Below are positions 28,188-32,000 of a stretch of DNA of 32,000 nucleotides, piece by piece. The position numbers were made by a program, and so were the translations under genes. The notes beneath the pieces were generated by a model. It was not told where the DNA came from and did no database searches. It worked only from the letters and a program-made list of their open reading frames with translations. Positions within the stretch are counted from its first letter, which is position 1. Each line of letters begins with the position of its first letter. The DNA comes from Cupriavidus necator (GTDB lineage: Bacteria > Pseudomonadota > Gammaproteobacteria > Burkholderiales > Burkholderiaceae): contig NZ_CP066019.1 in NCBI RefSeq assembly GCF_016127575.1, positions 870,001-902,000 of the forward strand. The letters are read 5' to 3'.

Positions 28188-28870
28188 CCGCCACTTCGCC
28201 GCTACCAGCGCCTCACGTTATCTTGATAGAGCAACCTTCCAAGGTACCGGGCAAGCGCGGAATGGAAGGATTCTGGGGCATGCGCTACGGGAACAAGACG
28301 GTCCTGACTGCCTACCTGTCGCCGATCGACCTGCTGTTGGACTCAATGCGGGGCAGCGCCCCCAATCAAGCCTTCAAGTTTCCATCCCTTGACCGGCTGC
28401 CCGCAGCCCGCGTGAAGCAAACCTTCCCGACCGGCGTGGAGTTGGACATTGCCTGCGGCTTTCTCGCCCGCGACGGACAGCTCCTGCTCAGCCCAAGCGG
28501 CAAGTGGCGGCGCAACGTCTTGGTGCATGACGTGCGCGCGCCATTGCGGATGGGAATTCTTATGCCTGAATACACCACCGATGGCCGACGCGAGATCAGC
28601 CGTCTCTTTGAGGGCGCAGGTCTCTTTGCCTGGCAGGACACACTGCAGTCGCTAGCCAGGATCTGGAAGGGCGACCGCATGAAGCACGCAATAGACAGCG
28701 CGCTGGCAACCGCAAGTACGGTAGTGCATTCGGCTGGCCAGGTCGTGAACCAGATCGCCGTATTCGATCCGGAGGCGGAACAATGGCATTTTGTCCCTTG
28801 CCAGACGATGGACGATGTGCCGGAGAACAATCACCCACATGGAGGCGGCGACAGCGCCACGGTAGGCTGA
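28184..28870 (+). CDS. Hypothetical soluble protein of unknown family, translationally coupled to the membrane protein gene
   Basis: 228 aa. ATGA start/stop overlap at 28184-28187. It has no signal peptide or TM segment and no motif I recognise. The coding-like composition continues from the preceding ORFs. Confidence 0.5.
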   Translation: MTATSPLPAPHVILIEQPSKVPGKRGMEGFWGMRYGNKTVLTAYLSPIDLLLDSMRGSAPNQAFKFPSLDRLPAARVKQTFPTGVELDIACGFLARDGQLLLSPSGKWRRNVLVHDVRAPLRMGILMPEYTTDGRREISRLFEGAGLFAWQDTLQSLARIWKGDRMKHAIDSALATASTVVHSAGQVVNQIAVFDPEAEQWHFVPCQTMDDVPENNHPHGGGDSATVG

Positions 28871-28986
28871 CGTTGATTCGGAGCGTCTCGGCCAGACGAC
28901 ACGTTGTTCAATTCAGCCTTTCCTTGAGGCCATGTAATTTGAGACCCTCACCTCACCATGCAGACCGGCGAAATATCAAGGAAGTC

Positions 28987-29014
28987 GCGCCGGCACGGTA
29001 TCCCGTGCCGGCGC
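28987..29014 (-). terminator. Rho-independent-type terminator hairpin between convergent genes
   Basis: Perfect 12-bp stem GCGCCGGCACGG / CCGTGCCGGCGC with loop TATC, 19 nt downstream of the SRPBCC stop (29033). The minus-strand trailing sequence is GACTTCCTTGATATTTC, which is moderately T-rich. It could also stop the + strand island transcript. Confidence 0.6.
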
Positions 29015-29032
29015 CATTCACTTGCCGCAGCC

Positions 29033-29518
29033 CTACTTCAACTGCTGCGCAAACTCATCCAGCTGCGTAATGCAGATGCCCCAGCCTTCATAGAACCCCA
29101 GCTCCTCATGCTGCTTGCGCGTGGCCTCGTCCGGATGCATCACGCGCGCAATGTAGCGGGTGCCGTCACCCTCGTCGGCCATGGTGATGACCGCGGTCAT
29201 CGACAGCCACGGCTTGTTGGGCCGGTACCCGGCCACCAGGGCCGAGGTGGAGACGATCTTCTCCATCGGCACGATCTCGAGGAAGCATCCCGGGTTGTCG
29301 CTGACGCCGCCGTCCGGGCCTTTCATGAGGGTATGGAAGGCGCCGCCGGGGCGCATGTCGAAGGCCAGGACCTCGGTGGTCCAGGGTTTGGGGCACCACC
29401 ATTCCTTGAGCAGCTTGGGATCGCTCCATGCACGCCAGACCTTGGCACGCGGGGCCTTGAGCAGGCGCGAGATGACCAGGTCCTGGCTTTCAGGGCTGGC
29501 GGCGTTTTCATTCGGCAT
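29033..29518 (-). CDS. SRPBCC-superfamily protein (AHSA1/Aha1-like START fold)
   Basis: The start was trimmed to the ATG at 29516-29518. It reads LVISRLLKAPRAKVWRAWSDPKLLKEWWCPKPW....MRPGGAF...G.YEGWGICITQLDEF, typical of the ArsR-associated SRPBCC proteins. Confidence 0.8.
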   Translation of the reverse strand: MPNENAASPESQDLVISRLLKAPRAKVWRAWSDPKLLKEWWCPKPWTTEVLAFDMRPGGAFHTLMKGPDGGVSDNPGCFLEIVPMEKIVSTSALVAGYRPNKPWLSMTAVITMADEGDGTRYIARVMHPDEATRKQHEELGFYEGWGICITQLDEFAQQLK

Positions 29519-29894
29519 CTGACTGTTCCTCCTGATGAAGGGCTTCGACAAGAGCGGCCAGGCGGTCGGTACGGGCCTCCCACATGGCGCGCTGGTCGGC
29601 CAGCCATTGCTGCGCGTCTGACAGCGGTTGCGGTACCAGTTCGCAAGTGCGCACGCGCCCCGTCTTGCGCGAGCGGATCAGGCCGCTGCGCTCCAGCACC
29701 TGCAGGTGCTTCATGAACGAGGGCAGTGCCATCGTGAACGGTGCCGCCAGCGCCGAGACCGTTTCCGGCCCGCGGCCGAGCACGCTGACGATGGCGCGGC
29801 GGGTCGGGTCCGCCAGCGCGTAGAACACGTCGGAAAGCGGGGAAATATCGACAGCCTGGGACACGTCAGCAAACTCGGCACAATGGTTAGCCAT
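29508..29894 (-). CDS. ArsR/SmtB-family transcriptional regulator
   Basis: The start was trimmed to the ATG at 29892-29894. The wHTH reads VFYALADPTRRAIVSVLGRGPETVSALAAPFTMALPSFMKHLQVLERSGLIRSRKTGRVR. Its 3' end overlaps the SRPBCC start by 11 nt. Confidence 0.85.
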   Translation of the reverse strand: MANHCAEFADVSQAVDISPLSDVFYALADPTRRAIVSVLGRGPETVSALAAPFTMALPSFMKHLQVLERSGLIRSRKTGRVRTCELVPQPLSDAQQWLADQRAMWEARTDRLAALVEALHQEEQSDAE

Positions 29895-29939
29895 GGGGCT
29901 AAGTATAGGGAAGCAAGCGGAAACTGCAAGCGCGAAATG

Positions 29940-29969
29940 CAAGACGCCCCGGCATCAGCCGGGGCGTCT
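29940..29969 (-). terminator. Rho-independent-type terminator downstream of the sorB-like gene
   Basis: Perfect 13-bp stem AAGACGCCCCGGC / GCCGGGGCGTCTT with loop ATCA, 26 nt after the cytochrome stop (29995). The minus-strand trailer is GCATTTCGCGCTTGCAGTTTCC. Confidence 0.6.
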
Positions 29970-29994
29970 TGTGATCGGGGAAGCGGGGCGCAGG

Positions 29995-30657
29995 CTATTG
30001 CTGCCGCACGTACGCCGCCAGCGCCTTGACCTCATCCGCCTTCAAGCCGGCAAACGGCGGCATCGGCACCGATCCCCATTTGCCGCTGCTGCCGCCGCGG
30101 ATGCTGGCTTCCAGCTTGGCCTGTGCCTGCGCATCGCCCTTGTAGCGGGTGGCGACTTCGTGATAAGCCGGGCCGACCACCTTCTGCGTCACGCTGTGGC
30201 AGCTCAGGCAGGCGTTCCTGGCCAGCAGGCCCTGCACGTCCACCGCGGCGGCGGCAGGCGCCGAGGCGGCCGCGGGTGTGGCCGGCGCGGGCTTGCCCGC
30301 CTTCTGCGCGATCGCCACGATCTCCGGGTCCTTGATCCTGGCGGAGCCGTAGGCCACCGCGAGGTAGGCGCCGAGCTGCTCGACCTCGCCATCGTCGATC
30401 GGCGCACCATAGGCCTGCTGCATTTTCTTCATCTCGGCGGTCCACTGCGTCAGGCTCAGGCCGGGCGGCTGGTAGGAGACGTAGTCGGCCGAATGGCAGA
30501 TCGCGCATTTCTGCATGGCGATGCCGTAGCCGGGCAGCTTGGCGGGTTTGAGCTTGACGTTCTCCGCCGGCAGCTTGATGTCCTGGGGGGCCGCGGACGC
30601 GCTGCCCGCGCCCAGCAGGGCGAGCGCGAGCAGCACTGGGGTGATGGATCGATGCAT
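29995..30657 (-). CDS. Periplasmic di-haem c-type cytochrome (SorB-like electron acceptor fused to a c551/c552-like domain)
   Basis: The start was trimmed to the ATG at 30655-30657. It has a signal peptide ending SASA and two CxxCH motifs (CAICH and CLSCH) separated by an Ala/Pro-rich linker (KPAPATPAAASAPAAAAV). The second domain ends with GKWGSVPMPP, typical of small class I cytochromes c. Confidence 0.85.
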   Translation of the reverse strand: MHRSITPVLLALALLGAGSASAAPQDIKLPAENVKLKPAKLPGYGIAMQKCAICHSADYVSYQPPGLSLTQWTAEMKKMQQAYGAPIDDGEVEQLGAYLAVAYGSARIKDPEIVAIAQKAGKPAPATPAAASAPAAAAVDVQGLLARNACLSCHSVTQKVVGPAYHEVATRYKGDAQAQAKLEASIRGGSSGKWGSVPMPPFAGLKADEVKALAAYVRQQ

Positions 30658-30667
30658 GGTGCGCTCC

Positions 30668-31930
30668 TCAGGCGATGGTGACCGGCGTGGATTCAATGAC
30701 GTTGCGGCGATAGCCGGCCGGGTTCCAGTTGGCCTTGGCGGGCTGCACCTCGCCCTGGACGCTGGTGGCGCGCACCATCAGCACCGCCGGGCCCTTGCGC
30801 GCGAACTTCACCGGCAGTTGCCAGGCGCGGAACGAGAAGCGCCCCAGGTCCTGGCCCAGCGTCGCGGCCTGCCAGCTCTGCCCGCCGTCCACCGAGACCT
30901 CGACGCCGCGGATGCCGGAGCCGCCATCGAAGGCAATGCCTTTCAGCTCCACCGTGCGCCCGGCGGGCAGCACGCCGCCGGCGCCCACGCTGGTGATGAA
31001 GCTGCGTACCGCCAGCGTCGAGATCGGTCGCGTCTTGCTGGCGGGGGTGCCCGGCGCCACGCATTGGCAGTCGTTATCCGGTACGCGATAGCCCTTGGTC
31101 ATGAAGAACGCATCATGGCCTTCGAACGGGTGGTCCAGCACCTCGATCTCGGACAGGTGTTTGATCCAGTAGGTGCCGAAGTAGCCCGGCACCACCAGCT
31201 TGACGGGGTAGCCGTTGAGCAGCGGCAGGTCTTCGCCGTTCATGCCCCAGGCCAGCATCGGCTCGCCGTTCATGGCATGGGCGATATCGAGCGACTTGCG
31301 GAAGTCCGGCGTGCTCGGCAACACCGGCGTATCCATCCCGTTGAACGTGACCACCTTGGCGCCGGCCTTGACGCCCGCGTGCTCCAGCACCTTGCGCAGC
31401 GGCACGCCGGTCCAGCGCGCATTGCCCATTGCGCCGTTGGCAAGTTGGGCACCGAACACGCGCGGCTCGGAGAAGCCGCGGCTGTTGCCTGAACACTGGT
31501 TCACGGCGACGATGTCCACCGGATCGGCCAGCCGCTTCAGTTCATCGAGCGACAGCTTCAGCGGCTTGTTGACGTGGCCGCCGACCGTCAGGCGGAAGGT
31601 GGCAAGGTCTACAGACAGCGGAATGTTGGCCAGGTGGTAGCGCACGAAGAAGGCGTCGTTGGCGGTGATCGGCCCCTCGTTGAACGCGGAGAAGGGCGTC
31701 TCAAGGTGTGGCGGCCGGGTGCTGACGCGCACCAGCGGGCGCTTGCCCGGATAGCGCACCAGCGGGCGGGGGCCGTCGGCCAGCGTGACGCCGTCGCTGA
31801 TGCGCGCGGCCAGTGCGCCGAGCGGGGTGGCGCCGAGGGCGAGCAGGCCCGCGCCCTGGACGATGCGGCGCCGGGCCGGCAGCGGCTGGGCGGGGTCGGC
31901 AGATTCCGCCGGACTGTTCTTGTCTCGCAT
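30668..31930 (-). CDS. sorA: Molybdopterin-dependent sulfite dehydrogenase / sulfite oxidase-family catalytic subunit (SorA-like)
   Basis: 420 aa. It has a Tat signal (RRRIVQGAGLLALGA) and Mo-co domain blocks (FFVRYH, VAVNQCSGNSRG with the conserved Cys ligand context, NGEDLPLLNGYPVKLVVPGYFGTYWIKHLSEIEV) plus a C-terminal dimerisation domain. A cytochrome c gene follows 10 nt downstream. Confidence 0.85.
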   Translation of the reverse strand: MRDKNSPAESADPAQPLPARRRIVQGAGLLALGATPLGALAARISDGVTLADGPRPLVRYPGKRPLVRVSTRPPHLETPFSAFNEGPITANDAFFVRYHLANIPLSVDLATFRLTVGGHVNKPLKLSLDELKRLADPVDIVAVNQCSGNSRGFSEPRVFGAQLANGAMGNARWTGVPLRKVLEHAGVKAGAKVVTFNGMDTPVLPSTPDFRKSLDIAHAMNGEPMLAWGMNGEDLPLLNGYPVKLVVPGYFGTYWIKHLSEIEVLDHPFEGHDAFFMTKGYRVPDNDCQCVAPGTPASKTRPISTLAVRSFITSVGAGGVLPAGRTVELKGIAFDGGSGIRGVEVSVDGGQSWQAATLGQDLGRFSFRAWQLPVKFARKGPAVLMVRATSVQGEVQPAKANWNPAGYRRNVIESTPVTIA

Positions 31931-32000
31931 GGGGCGTCTCCTTCAGGGGCTTGTTGTGTCTCGCAAGGCGCTATGGCGGGTACTTTGAGGCCGCGGCATC

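Larger units (their letters stand above)
22800..28900. other. Compositionally atypical (lower GC by eye) T6SS auxiliary island
   Basis: It has an AT-rich leader of about 250 nt (22800-23050). Four co-directional, tightly spaced ORFs show less GC3-biased codons than either flank. Gene content is unrelated to the flanks. No mobility genes were seen. Confidence 0.6.

Noticed and set aside
22646-29032. Mobile-element boundaries for the T6SS island: integrase, transposase, tRNA target, and flanking direct or inverted repeats.
   Set aside because: I could find none in the sequence. The island is therefore reported only as compositionally atypical, not as a defined mobile element.

Overview
This is a high-GC window that looks betaproteobacterial. 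It resembles Cupriavidus/Ralstonia, judged only from gene content, for example three Bug/TctC-type binding proteins or remnants; no search was run. About 27 genes are well supported. Left to right they are: acs (5' truncated by the window edge); a phosphonoacetate locus (LysR regulator divergent from phnA plus a Na/Pi-cotransporter/PhoU-type permease); a small secreted Q/P-rich protein; a Crp/Fnr regulator divergent from an aldolase and 2-hydroxyacid dehydrogenase pair; a Tat-exported PhoD-like phosphatase; a tandem-Usp protein; a Bug binding protein plus an alkylsulfatase-like MBL-fold protein; a LysR regulator divergent from an acyl-CoA operon (family III CoA-transferase, enoyl-CoA hydratase, two acyl-CoA dehydrogenases, Bug binding protein, porin); an arsR-SRPBCC pair; and sorAB-like sulfite dehydrogenase genes. 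The clear outlier is a block at about 22.8-28.9 kb that looks lower in GC and probably horizontally acquired. It holds a VgrG spike gene, a VasX/BTH_I2691-like membrane-toxin gene and two tightly coupled small ORFs, one of them a predicted membrane protein. No other T6SS core, adaptor or mobility genes are in the window. The VgrG and toxin genes meet at an abnormal junction: VgrG lacks its C-terminal part, the toxin lacks its N-terminal part, and the two reading frames are offset by one nucleotide at a C5 run. I saw no rRNA, tRNA, CRISPR array, transposase or integrase. All family assignments come from reading the translated ORFs, not from database searches.
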